64,000 nt of DNA, taken from the NCBI GenBank assembly GCA_963666315.2, contig CAXXHG010000010.1, positions 32,001 through 96,000 on the forward strand. Reading direction: 5' to 3'. Positions 1 through 9,748 of the stretch are shown here, in pieces (positions within the stretch are counted from its first letter, which is position 1; the number at the start of each line of letters is the position of its first letter). This DNA is from Candidatus Binatia bacterium (lineage in GTDB: Bacteria; Desulfobacterota; Binatia; Bin18). Below the pieces are notes generated by a model, which worked only from the letters and a program-made list of their open reading frames with translations, was not told where the DNA came from and did no database searches. Both the position numbers and the translations under genes were made by a program.

Positions 1-233
1 CACCGATCGCCCAGATTGCGTTGTGAGTCGCTAGGGAGAGCAGCCTGCGTGAATGACGCCGATGCTGACAGGGTAATGATAACCCGGTTTTCCTCAGCAG
101 ATATTGAACGCACGATGGGCTGAGAGGCTACGGCAAGCGGGGCTGTCAGCAGCACCAAGAGCGCGCACCAAGACTGCATATACCGACAGGAGGCAGGTAC
201 GCAGGAGCTATTCCACACGAGATGATCTTTCAT
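1..233 (-). CDS. Secreted AMIN-domain protein, 5' part only (runs off the window); possibly an N-acetylmuramoyl-L-alanine amidase
   Basis: Manual translation MKDHLVW...MQSWCALLVLLTAPLAVASQPIVRSISAEENRVIITLSASASFTQAALPSDSQRNLGDR gives a signal peptide plus a segment closely matching the neighbour's VVVRLSAPSEFTQAALPKD...ADR. Not in the ORF track because it is truncated. Confidence 0.6.
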   Translation of the reverse strand, partial: MKDHLVWNSSCVPASCRYMQSWCALLVLLTAPLAVASQPIVRSISAEENRVIITLSASASFTQAALPSDSQRNLGDR

Positions 234-320
234 CCAGTCAAATTTCACACACTCACAAATGATAAGTAAGCGACTATCCGGAATGCTGATACTGCGCAAC
301 AGGACATCAGGAGAATACCA

Positions 321-1025
321 TCAACGCGGAACCGTATCACCTGCCGGTGGCCTGCCTAAGAGACTGAGCGGGGCAGCAGTATCTGCCGGCGACCCGCCAA
401 ACAGGCTGAACGGCGTCGATTGCTCTACCGCGGGCGACCAAGGGGTACGCAGGTCTAAGTATTCAAGTGGAGTATTTGTGGGGGGCTGGGACTCGGCGGT
501 CTCAAGTGCTTGCAACGGTCGAAGAGTTAACGGTGCAAGCGTTCCGCTCACATCAGTCTCACGCTCTCGATCATGATCAAGGCGTTCTACCGTAATGTGC
601 AGTCGGTCCGGACTGGAGAGTTTTTTCACCTGACAGGGGCGAGCTGCTGCTAAATCGAGGACTATCCTAACGACACCCGGCTGAAACTGGGCCGCCCGAA
701 CTTGCTGGATATGCTGTGAGTTGACCACATACAAACGCCTGACCGACTGCCCTAACACGGCCGGAGACACATCTATATAGCAACGGTCAGCACGTTGATG
801 TTCACGGTCCTTCGGCAACGCCGCTTGGGTGAATTCCGACGGCGCAGACAGGCGAACGACCACATGCTCAGCCCCGACATTTACGGCCTGAATCATGGCG
901 ATGGTTCCGGCGTGGGCCGATGTTGCGTGCAGAACCAGCAGAATCAGGAGTACACACACGAGCCGACCATAAGCACCCCATGCAAAGGAGGCATGCTGGC
1001 GTAATGCTCCAAAATAACGAGACAT
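321..1025 (-). CDS. Secreted AMIN-domain protein
   Basis: Signal peptide, then RCYIDV...QVRAAQFQPGVVRIVLDL...SPDRLHITV, typical of AMIN; no amidase catalytic domain in this ORF. Confidence 0.7.
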   Translation of the reverse strand: MSRYFGALRQHASFAWGAYGRLVCVLLILLVLHATSAHAGTIAMIQAVNVGAEHVVVRLSAPSEFTQAALPKDREHQRADRCYIDVSPAVLGQSVRRLYVVNSQHIQQVRAAQFQPGVVRIVLDLAAARPCQVKKLSSPDRLHITVERLDHDRERETDVSGTLAPLTLRPLQALETAESQPPTNTPLEYLDLRTPWSPAVEQSTPFSLFGGSPADTAAPLSLLGRPPAGDTVPR

Positions 1026-1069
1026 TTGAGCCTACACATACCTGCAGGGCTGATACGATAAAAGGAAAA

Positions 1070-1461
1070 GGGGAGGAGATCGGTAAGCCGGATCCTGTTC
1101 CCTCCCCTAACAGGGAAGGGTAACGGTCATTCCTCTAGGCGTGCCGTTACCAACACGCTCAAGCGATCGAACCCAGAGGGAGAGTGAGGCAACTCTTGCC
1201 CGCTCAACGGGCCCCTCTTATTTGATCTTGCTCCGGATGGGGTTTACCCAGCTTCCCTAATCTCTCAGGGACTTGGTGAGCTCTTACCTCACCTTTTCAC
1301 CCTTACCAGCACGACAGACTCTGTCTGTCGTCGGCGGTCTCTTTTCTGTGGCACTTTCCCTGCCTCGCGACAAGCTGCCGTTAGCAGCCATCCTGCCCCA
1401 AGGAGTCCGGACTTTCCTCGATCCTGCTTACGCAGGACCGCGACCGTTTAATCTCCTCCCC
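1070..1461 (-). ncRNA. rnpB: RNase P RNA (bacterial)
   Basis: Minus strand carries GAGGAAAGTCCGGACTCC near the 5' end and GAACAGGATCCGGCTTAC near the 3' end; terminal P1 helix GGGGAGGAGAT/ATCTCCTCCCC; ~390 nt. Confidence 0.97.
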
Positions 1462-2216
1462 TAACCTGAGGCCCCCGAGACCTCTTCTGCCTCCAAACGG
1501 CGATAGAGAATCCGTCCACAAGTCGGCTGGGGACAGTAAAAAATCGCTCCATCTCCCCGCATTTGGCTACTCTGGATCTGGTTACACATATGCGGAGGGA
1601 CGGTCATATAACAGCCTTGGCATATACCGTCACGCACTTCCACCACGGCCAAACCACCACGATTGCCGAAAATCCGTTCGTAGCGCACGCAGAGACTCAC
1701 ATCCAGGTCAGCGGCGAGCTGGTCGCGCTTTTTCCGCTCGACCAGGGAGTCTTCTTCCAGGGTCGCTATTTGTGATTCTACGTTCGTCGTTTCTTGCGTA
1801 AGCTGCGCTTGCAGCTCCTGTATGCGCGCCTGGATGTCGGTCTGTTGTTGACCTTCTTCTTCGAGCTGTTCCAGCACGTTTATGATATTCTCTTCCAACT
1901 GGCCGTTGGACTCTTTCATCAGCTCAATCTCTCGTTGCAGTACGAGGAGTTCGCGTTCATTCCGAACACGATTCAGCCGCACTCGCTTTTCTTTAATTTT
2001 CTCTTCTTCTAGTTTGAGCTGCCCATCTGCCTCGCGGCGTTGGCTTTCCAGTGTGTCTATACGCTGTTGACGTTCCTCGGCCTCTCCTTCCCGAACCTCT
2101 TTTTCTGCCACAATGACGGCAACCTGCTGATGGAGTTCCTCTAGTTGTTGTTCTTTGCGCTGAAGGCGCTGATCAAGCTCTTGTAGGCTGACCAGCTGGG
2201 TGATCTGCGTGGCCAA
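1461..2216 (-). CDS. Coiled-coil protein with C-terminal C4 zinc ribbon (DUF164/CT398-like)
   Basis: Long coiled coil, then CQGCYM...CPQPTCGRILY; this family commonly lies just upstream of rnpB. Confidence 0.88.
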   Translation of the reverse strand: MATQITQLVSLQELDQRLQRKEQQLEELHQQVAVIVAEKEVREGEAEERQQRIDTLESQRREADGQLKLEEEKIKEKRVRLNRVRNERELLVLQREIELMKESNGQLEENIINVLEQLEEEGQQQTDIQARIQELQAQLTQETTNVESQIATLEEDSLVERKKRDQLAADLDVSLCVRYERIFGNRGGLAVVEVRDGICQGCYMTVPPHMCNQIQSSQMRGDGAIFYCPQPTCGRILYRRLEAEEVSGASG

Positions 2217-2273
2217 CGACGACCTCCTTTCGCATCCAGTTTCCGCTCAGAGACGGAGTTCTATTGTCATAAG

Positions 2274-2347
2274 TGGGCCCACCAGGACTCGAACCTGGGA
2301 CCAACCGGTTATGAGCCGGTCGCTCTAACCAACTGAGCTATGGGCCC
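2274..2347 (-). tRNA. tRNA with CAT anticodon, most likely tRNA-Ile2 (lysidine-modified); CCA not encoded
   Basis: GGGCCCATAGCTCAGTTGGTTAGAGCGACCGGCTCATAACCGGTTGGTCCCAGGTTCGAGTCCTGGTGGGCCCA forms a cloverleaf; a paired G1-C72 excludes initiator tRNA. Confidence 0.93.
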
Positions 2348-2397
2348 ATCCTCCCTGTCTCAGCGGACATTGGTATACCATGCTCCCGGTATTTTTC

Positions 2398-4197
2398 CTA
2401 CAACCTCCCTAACTCATGAAGTGTCTGGAGCCGACGGCGCACTCCAGCTTCATCTCCCCGCTGCTCCGCCTCGCGAATTTCCCGCTGCAGGAGAACCCGT
2501 TCCGATTTTCGTTGGACGTGCTGGATCTTTTCAATGCAATCCCACATCAGCTGTTCTTGTACCGCCTGGGCCTCATCCGACTCTTCTTCCAGCATCATTT
2601 TTGAGACGCGATCCGCCATGGCTTTCGGTAAAAGGTCCAAAAATGTTCCCACATCAATGCTTCCTGAGCCTTCGTGCTGCTGCCATGCAGCAGCAACATC
2701 CGCAGCCAGCTCAGCCCACTCTTGAAACACGGGAATAAGATCCCGTTCGACCACACAAGAGACCACCTGAGAGTTAACCAGCATAAGCTGGAGTAATTCG
2801 GCTTCAGCCGAGGAACGGTAACCATGCTGCACAGGCGGCGGTTGGACAGGAGAACGCTCCCCACGGTCTCCGACCCTGCCTGGCCGGGCTCGGGCTCTGC
2901 CTGGCCGGATACGACGGAGTTCTTCCTCGTTCACCCCAAAGCGCTGGGCAACCTGGGTGAGCAGGGCTCCTCGGGTTAAGGTGTCCGTCATCGGTTCTAA
3001 AACAGCCACCGCCTCTTTTGCCGCTTGGGCACGCTGAAAAGCCGAGGCCCCAGGGGCCGGAGCATGTTGTGCAAAATAAAATTCCTCAAGGGGTGGGGCC
3101 GTGTCGATCAGTTCGTGGAGACCTTCTTCTCCATGCGCTTGCCCAAAGGAATCCGGATCTTCGCCTTGGGGCAAGAAAATGCCTTTCCCTGTTAATCCGG
3201 ATTCGACGCACAGCGGAAAGGCCCGCGTTGCAGCTCGGCGGCCGGCCTCATCGCCATCGAAAAAGATATATATGTCAGTCGTGAAGCGTTTGAGCAGCTT
3301 CAATTGCCCAAGCGTGAGTGCGGTTCCCAGCACGGCAACCGTCTCGGTAAAACCGCGTTGCACCAGCGAGAGCAGGTCCGTATACCCCTCCACAATGAGC
3401 ACTCGGCCTTTGTCCCGAATCGTCTCTTTGGCTTGATACAGACCATACAAAAGGGAACCTTTTTTATACAACGCCGAATCCGGTGAATTGAGGTATTTGG
3501 GGAATGTCCGCGTTCCCGCTGGGTTCGGTTGAGAAGACGGAATCAGTCGGCCGCCAAATCCCACTGGCCGACCCCTCACATCAGTGATGGGAAACATAAT
3601 CCGATGTCGAAATTTATCGTACCAGCCGCCGCCCTCCCGCTCGCCGATAAGGCCCAGCGAGGCAGCCTCAGCCAGAGGCGCCCGCTGCGCGGACAGAAAA
3701 CGCACCAGTCCCTCACGTCCCGCAGGGGCATAGCCAAGCTGGAACCGCTCGGCGACTTCCGCCTTGAGGCCGCGCTCTTCCATATAGCGCCGTGCCCCCA
3801 CCCCAGCGTTGCCGAGTAGACAGTGGCGGAAATAGGTTTTAGTCAACAGATTGAGACGGTACAGCCGTGCCTGCTCTCGGGCGTGTGGATCATCGGCAGC
3901 TTGAGGCAGGACAACGCCCACTTTTGGCGCCAGCTGTCTCACTGCCTCGGGAAAGGAGATTCCCTCAAGACGGCACAGAAACGTGAAGGCATTTCCGCCG
4001 ACCCCGCAGCCAAAACAGTGAAAAAACCCGCGCTCTTCGTTCACGCTAAACGAAGGCGTCTTCTCTTCATGAAAAGGACACAGTCCCGTATAGTTCTTGC
4101 CTGCTTTTCGGAGGGTGACATAGGCCGAAATCACCTCGACGATGCTCGTGCGAGTGCGAATCTCGTTGAGGGTGTCCTCAGATATTCTGGGTGCCAT
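2398..4197 (-). CDS. dnaG: DNA primase
   Basis: CPFHEEKTPSF...CFGC zinc finger, PKYLNSP, TOPRIM motifs EGYTD and FDGDEAG; likely start MAPRISEDT at 4197. Confidence 0.98.
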   Translation of the reverse strand: MAPRISEDTLNEIRTRTSIVEVISAYVTLRKAGKNYTGLCPFHEEKTPSFSVNEERGFFHCFGCGVGGNAFTFLCRLEGISFPEAVRQLAPKVGVVLPQAADDPHAREQARLYRLNLLTKTYFRHCLLGNAGVGARRYMEERGLKAEVAERFQLGYAPAGREGLVRFLSAQRAPLAEAASLGLIGEREGGGWYDKFRHRIMFPITDVRGRPVGFGGRLIPSSQPNPAGTRTFPKYLNSPDSALYKKGSLLYGLYQAKETIRDKGRVLIVEGYTDLLSLVQRGFTETVAVLGTALTLGQLKLLKRFTTDIYIFFDGDEAGRRAATRAFPLCVESGLTGKGIFLPQGEDPDSFGQAHGEEGLHELIDTAPPLEEFYFAQHAPAPGASAFQRAQAAKEAVAVLEPMTDTLTRGALLTQVAQRFGVNEEELRRIRPGRARARPGRVGDRGERSPVQPPPVQHGYRSSAEAELLQLMLVNSQVVSCVVERDLIPVFQEWAELAADVAAAWQQHEGSGSIDVGTFLDLLPKAMADRVSKMMLEEESDEAQAVQEQLMWDCIEKIQHVQRKSERVLLQREIREAEQRGDEAGVRRRLQTLHELGRL

Positions 4198-4244
4198 ACC
4201 CGTAGTCAGCCCGCCCGCTCGAGGCAGGGTACTCTCGACTGTGT

Positions 4245-4278
4245 AAAAGAAAACACCCACCTCAGAGAGGTGGGTGTT
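4245..4278 (-). terminator. Intrinsic terminator between rpsU and dnaG
   Basis: 12-bp stem AACACCCACCTC/GAGGTGGGTGTT followed by TTCTTTT on the minus strand. Confidence 0.8.
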
Positions 4279-4323
4279 AGTACATGAACGATCATCAATT
4301 AGGCACGAGTAACCAGCATTGCT

Positions 4324-4521
4324 CTAATACGTTGATCGGCTTGCTCGTCGCAAAGCACGTTTTCTCGCGGCAATTGCTTTTCGTTTGCGCCGCACACTCG
4401 GCTTTTCAAAGTGTTCACGTTTTTTCAGCTCTTGCAGGATACCCGCTTTTTCGCACTGTTTTTTGAAGCGGCGGATGGCACTTTCAATAGGCTCGTTATC
4501 TTTGACACGTATACCTGCCAT
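4324..4521 (-). CDS. rpsU: 30S ribosomal protein S21
   Basis: [28 protein letters not shown]; preceded by a GGAGG SD. Confidence 0.98.
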   Translation of the reverse strand: MAGIRVKDNEPIESAIRRFKKQCEKAGILQELKKREHFEKPSVRRKRKAIAARKRALRRASRSTY

Positions 4522-4688
4522 GCAGTTCTTTCACCCCCTCCCAACTGGGGATTCCCTGAGGTCACCTTGTTGTTCAGCTTAGGGATTTCCCTCAGAAAGT
4601 CAAGGTATTGGCCAACTTCCGGCCTTGACAGGGAAACCGTCCCTAGGCTAAGCAGGCCCAAGAGACATACCACAAGGAGGCCGTATTC

Positions 4689-5474
4689 ATGGAGTTCAAA
4701 GAAGTCATAGGCCGACGCCGTTCGATTCGTTACTTCCTCCCGTACCGTCCGGTTGAACGAGAAAAAATTCAAACCATTATGGAAGCGACCCGTTTGTCGT
4801 CCTGCGCGGTCAATGCGTCTTTTCTGCGTGCCATTATCGTAGAGCGAGACAAACTCTCCCCAGAGGACCTAGAGTCACTCAAGGTCCCGACAACCACACT
4901 GCAACTCGACATGGCTCCCGTGCATATTTATTTCTACGGCAACCTGAACGCTATTCAGGAAAGCCACGGGCAAACCTTAAAAGAACTCTTTGATGTGGGC
5001 GCGCTCAATCCGACTCATGGCTGGAGTTATAAGTTCATCGAAGAGACGGTCTGGGCGCAGGTTTTGGAACCCATCTCCAAAGATCCGAATATCAACCCAC
5101 TCGCGGTTTCCATGGACTGCGGGGTCGCCATGAATCAGGCCCTGCTGACGGCTTTTGATGAAGGGCTGGGCGCACTGCTCACCGCGTTTAACGGGGCCAA
5201 GGCAAAAGAGGTCTTCAAAGTACCCGACCATTATATGCCGCTCTACGCCATGCTCCTCGGCTATCCCGCGGAGTCCTGGGAGGCGGGCGGACAACGTCCG
5301 CGGCCTCCGCTTGAGAGCCTGTATTTCGAGGGGGAATATGGGGTACCCATGAAGCGAGATCCGGAAGTGGTTGAAAAACTCAAACAGGACAAGATGCTCC
5401 AGGAGCCGGCACCGCTGCCGTGGCGTAAAGATGAAGTCCGGGCGCTGTCTCGGATGTTTGGTCTGCCTGAGTAA
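4689..5474 (+). CDS. Nitroreductase family protein
   Basis: N-terminal RRRSIRYF, AFDEGLG and LLGYPAE motifs; AAGGAGG SD. Confidence 0.85.
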   Translation: MEFKEVIGRRRSIRYFLPYRPVEREKIQTIMEATRLSSCAVNASFLRAIIVERDKLSPEDLESLKVPTTTLQLDMAPVHIYFYGNLNAIQESHGQTLKELFDVGALNPTHGWSYKFIEETVWAQVLEPISKDPNINPLAVSMDCGVAMNQALLTAFDEGLGALLTAFNGAKAKEVFKVPDHYMPLYAMLLGYPAESWEAGGQRPRPPLESLYFEGEYGVPMKRDPEVVEKLKQDKMLQEPAPLPWRKDEVRALSRMFGLPE

Positions 5475-5540
5475 GGATTGCGTACAGGGCCGTACAGGGT
5501 AGTAAATCCGGCCCTGTAGGGCCTCAGAAAGAGGTATTCT

Positions 5541-7598
5541 ACGCAAACGCCAGCTTCGTCTTTCCTCTTCCATATACGAGAGCAGCTTGACCGTTTCCAA
5601 CCGTTTTCCATCATAGCCCAGGCCTGTGCTGTCGGCCTCATCACAGGCGGCGGGGCTATCCTGTATGATGGTCTGATTCATCTCGTACAGTGGCTGGCCC
5701 TGACCTCACAAGATCACCCCCTGCACGTTCTACACGATCTCCCCTGGTATCAAATTCTTCTCGCACCCGCGCTGGGTGGGCTGGCTGTCGGCCTGGTAGC
5801 GTTCTTTCGTTCGCAGGATGCCACAGGGCATGGGGTGCCGGAAGTCATTGAGTCGGTTGCGCTCGGGAATGACAAGTTTCGTTGGCAGACCGCGCTGACG
5901 AAATCGATTTCCTCTGCCCTCACCATTGGTTCCGGGGGTTCAGTCGGACGCGAAGGACCCATAGTCCACATTGGGGCCTCGCCGGGTTCGGTGCTCGGAC
6001 AAATGCTCCGCGTTCCGCCCAATCGGCTCCCCGCTCTCGCCGGCTGCGGCGTTGCAGGCGGTATCGCCGCCGTTTTTAACGCCCCTATAGCTGGAGCTTT
6101 TTTTGCCCTTGAGGTCGTCATTGGAAATTTTGCCATGCCCGCCTTTGGGCCCGTCATGCTGTCCTCTGTCCTCGCTTCCGTTGTGAGCCCATCGTATTTC
6201 GGCGACCATCCGGCTTTTGTTGTGCCGGCCTATAACCTCCTCAGCGCCTGGGAGCTGCCCTTCTATCTCGGACTCGGCATTGTGTGTGGCTTGGGCGGAC
6301 TCGTCTTTATGTTCGTGCTGGATAGCATAGAAAAAGCAGCTGCAAAAGTCGCGCTCCCGGATACGATCAAACCCGCTGTGGGTGGATTGCTCGTCCGCGG
6401 CATGATTCTCCTTGCCCCGCATGTCTGTGGCACGGGCCACCAGACTATGGATACCATTCTGCGCGGCGGACTGACGTGGTTGTACCTACTCTTACTTTTC
6501 CCGCTCAAGATGTGCGCAACCAGTTTGACCCTGGCCTCAGGCGGATCGGGCGGACTTTTTGTACCCGCCCTGTCTCTCGGCGCGGTATTAGGCAGCCTGG
6601 TCGGTATGGGCAGCGGCGCGCTCTTCCCATCGCTTGCGGGTCCGAGCGGGGGCTATGCGCTTGCCGGCATGGCTGCCTTTTTAGCCGGTGTCGTCCACTG
6701 TCCGATTACGGCCTTGCTGCTGCTGTTTGAAATCACCGCCGGCTACTACATCATCTTGCCCCGTATGGTCAGTTGCACGGTGAGCACCTTGGTGGCCAAA
6801 CTCTTTCGCCAAGAGTCGATCTATACCCTGCAGCTCCTCCGCCGGGGGATTGATATTCGGCGCCGGGATTAGACGCTTATGCAAGGCTACACGGTGAGAC
6901 AGGTTATGCAGCGCGATGTACCAACCTTTCGCGCAGAGACACCGTTTCCGACGATTATGGATCATTTTCTTGCCAGTACCCTGCCGCTGAGCTTTGTCAT
7001 TAATGAGCATCGCCACCTTGTCGGGGTCATCTCCATTCACGACGTCAAGTCAACACTGCAGGACGACCACCTGGGCCCTCTCGTGGTCGCGGCTGACTTG
7101 GCTCAGCCCCCGGATACAACAACCCGGCCGGAAGAGACCCTTGCCCGCTGTCTTGAAAAGTTCGCGCTGAGTGAACAAGAATACCTACCCGTGCTCTCAC
7201 CCGACCAACAGTTGGCAGGCGTGATCTCACAGCGAGACGTATTGGACGTGTACAACCGAGAGATCCTACGCCATGAATATCTCGGAGTGAGTCTCCGTTC
7301 AGAATCAATCGCTGAGACGGTTCACGAGCAGGTCCGTCTCCCGCATGACTATACAGTAGAGATAGTCCAGATTCCGGCTCATCTGATCGGGAAAACCCGG
7401 CGCGAGTCGCAGCTCCGGAATCGGTTTCACCTCACAGCTATAGCCATACGGCGGGGAGGATTTCACTGTCCGGATGAATTGCCGGACCCAAACAGTCCGT
7501 TTCACCAGGAAGACTATTTAGTGTTAGTAGGCCGCGCAGAACACTTGCGCCGATTGACAGACGTACCAGAGGAACAGATCGACGAGACCGGGTCGTAG
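5541..7598 (+). pseudogene. ClC chloride channel/antiporter with CBS pair and TrkA_C domain, disrupted (ACG in place of start codon; in-frame TAG at 6870-6872)
   Basis: One frame runs from ACG 5541 (after GAGGT SD) through GHGVPE, GREGP and GLFVP to RRD*TLMQGY, then CBS and RCK_C; colinear with the intact paralog downstream (GREETVMRSF). Confidence 0.8.
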
Positions 7599-7683
7599 CC
7601 GTATATTGGGCCGACCCGCATCGAAGAGGAAATGGGCAGCCATCCCGAGGCTCGAGGAGTCCTAGACTCGCCCCTATGTAACA

Positions 7684-9732
7684 ATGATGATCACACGATG
7701 GAGTACATATATTACAGCCCGGTTACACACCAGCCAGCAGGGGGTCACGATAGTATTGGCCTGTGGAGTTGGTTTGCTCGTCGGTGTTGCGGCTATTGCC
7801 TTTCACGAACTCCTGCATCTCGTACAGTGGCTCGCCCTGGGCAGTCACTCCCCTCTCAGCGTACTCCCTGACCTCGCCTGGTATTGGAAGCTCGGCCTGC
7901 CTACACTCGGCGGGCTGCTGATCGCTCCTCTTGTCTACCGCTGGGCAGTTGAGGCCAGAGGCCACGGCGTCCCGGAGGTGATGGAGGCCGTTGCCCTCCG
8001 AGGGGGGATCATACGGGCACGCGTTGCCTTGGCAAAAGCGCTTGCGTCAGCGATCACGATTGGCACGGGGGGGTCAACAGGTCGGGAAGGCCCGGTCATT
8101 CAAATCGGTTCCGCCTTAGGCTCAGCGTGTGGACAAGCATTACACCTGTCTCCGGAGCGCATCCGTACCTTGGTTGGCTGCGGCGCAGCGGGGGGTATTG
8201 CAGCAACGTTTAATGCGCCTATTGCCGGGGCGTTCTTTGCCCTCGAGGTTATTCTTGGCAATTTTTCGATCCCTACCTTCGCGCCTATTGTTCTTTCCTC
8301 GGTGTTAGCAACGGCCGTTTCTCGGGCCTACCTCGGAGACGCGCCGGCCTTCCAAGTACCCGAGTATACATTGGTCCACTATGCAGAGGTGCCGCTATAC
8401 GCCTTGCTTGGTATACTGATGGGACTCGTCGCGGTTGTTTTTACCTGGACGCTGTATAAGAGCGAAGACCTGTTCGATCAGAGCCCTATCCCGCCCCTTG
8501 CCAGAACAGCAGTCGGCGGGCTGTGTATCGGCGGGCTACTGCTGATCGCTCCGGAGGTCTACGGCACCGGCTTTGAAGCCATGGACCAACTCCTGCACGA
8601 GACAACGGAATGGCACCTTTTAGCCCTCCTTTTTTTCCTCAAACTGATCGCAACCTGCATAACGTTAGGTTCAGGTGCATCCGGCGGCATCTTTTCCCCA
8701 TCCCTGTTTCTAGGTCTCGCCGCCGGTGGCCTTTTCGGTCAGATCGTCCATGCTCTCTTTCCTGAGTTCACCGCGACTCCCGCAGCATATGCGATGATCG
8801 GTATGGGCGCGGTCGTGGCTGGGACAACGCATGCGCCTGTGACTACCATTTTAATGTTGTTTGAATTAACTGGAGGCTATCAGATTATCTTGCCGGTTAT
8901 GATTGCCTGTACCTTGAGTACAGTCACAGCGCGTTATCTCTATCCGCATTCGATTTATACCCTCAAGCTCGCGCGGCGTGGCATTTCGCTCACGCTGGGC
9001 CGGGAGGAAACAGTCATGCGCTCCTTTCAGGTCGCCGATGTCATGCAGACCCCGGCCCCCACGCTTGCGGACGATGCCTCATTTCAACAGGTTGTTGCAC
9101 GGGTCTTGAGCTCACAGGACCCGTATTACTATACGGTGGACCCCAATCAACAGCTCACCGGCATGTTGTCTTTGCACGATGTCAAGACGCTCCTCAACGA
9201 AGGCGGACTTGACGGCCTGGTTGTTGCCCGTGATATGGCGCGTCCGGTTCCCATCCTCGTCTACCAGCAGGAAAGCCTCGCCGACTGCTTACGCAAATTT
9301 CGTGAGACGCAGCTCGACTGTTTACCGGTGGTAGAGGCCGAGGCCGATGCGAGGATCATCGGCGTTGTCACCCAAGCCGACCTGCTGGATTTGTACGATC
9401 GAGAAGTCTTACGAAAAGAATTTCTCGGCACCATGCCTGAGGCAACTCCTGGGAGCGGAGGGACGCTAGCCATGCCGGCACAATATACGGTGTTGGCCCT
9501 TGCTGTCCCAGCCGCCTTTGTTGATAAGACACTCCGAGAGCTCGATCTCAGGGTGCGCTACGGGATAACGGTTTTAGCCATCCGCACGGAAACCTCCTCT
9601 GGGTATGAAGATCGTCTTCCGCAGCCGGATCAGCCCCTCCGCTCCGGCGACACCTTGATTCTAGCCGGCCCGCGGGAAGATATTACGCAACTCCAGCAAC
9701 AGCTCCACGAGACAGCCTTACCCTCTCTTTAA
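7684..9732 (+). CDS. ClC family chloride channel/H+ antiporter with CBS pair and TrkA_C domain
   Basis: GHGVPE, GREGP, FNAPIAG, GIFSP motifs; C-terminal CBS domains and RCK_C (KTLRELDLRVRYGITVLAI). Confidence 0.93.
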   Translation: MMITRWSTYITARLHTSQQGVTIVLACGVGLLVGVAAIAFHELLHLVQWLALGSHSPLSVLPDLAWYWKLGLPTLGGLLIAPLVYRWAVEARGHGVPEVMEAVALRGGIIRARVALAKALASAITIGTGGSTGREGPVIQIGSALGSACGQALHLSPERIRTLVGCGAAGGIAATFNAPIAGAFFALEVILGNFSIPTFAPIVLSSVLATAVSRAYLGDAPAFQVPEYTLVHYAEVPLYALLGILMGLVAVVFTWTLYKSEDLFDQSPIPPLARTAVGGLCIGGLLLIAPEVYGTGFEAMDQLLHETTEWHLLALLFFLKLIATCITLGSGASGGIFSPSLFLGLAAGGLFGQIVHALFPEFTATPAAYAMIGMGAVVAGTTHAPVTTILMLFELTGGYQIILPVMIACTLSTVTARYLYPHSIYTLKLARRGISLTLGREETVMRSFQVADVMQTPAPTLADDASFQQVVARVLSSQDPYYYTVDPNQQLTGMLSLHDVKTLLNEGGLDGLVVARDMARPVPILVYQQESLADCLRKFRETQLDCLPVVEAEADARIIGVVTQADLLDLYDREVLRKEFLGTMPEATPGSGGTLAMPAQYTVLALAVPAAFVDKTLRELDLRVRYGITVLAIRTETSSGYEDRLPQPDQPLRSGDTLILAGPREDITQLQQQLHETALPSL

Positions 9733-9748
9733 GCAAGCTATTATTTTC

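Noticed and set aside
2274-2347. Initiator tRNA-fMet
   Set aside because: The first base pair is G-C and the anticodon stem lacks the three consecutive G-C pairs (GGG/CCC) of initiator tRNA; the sequence fits Ile2 better, though elongator Met is not fully excluded.
4977-5681. Long antisense or overlapping ORFs in the track (for example 4977-5681, 19690-20403, 21612-22349, 37316-38095, 42788-43582, 58306-59103)
   Set aside because: These are shadow frames of well-supported genes with no recognisable motifs, as expected in GC-rich DNA.
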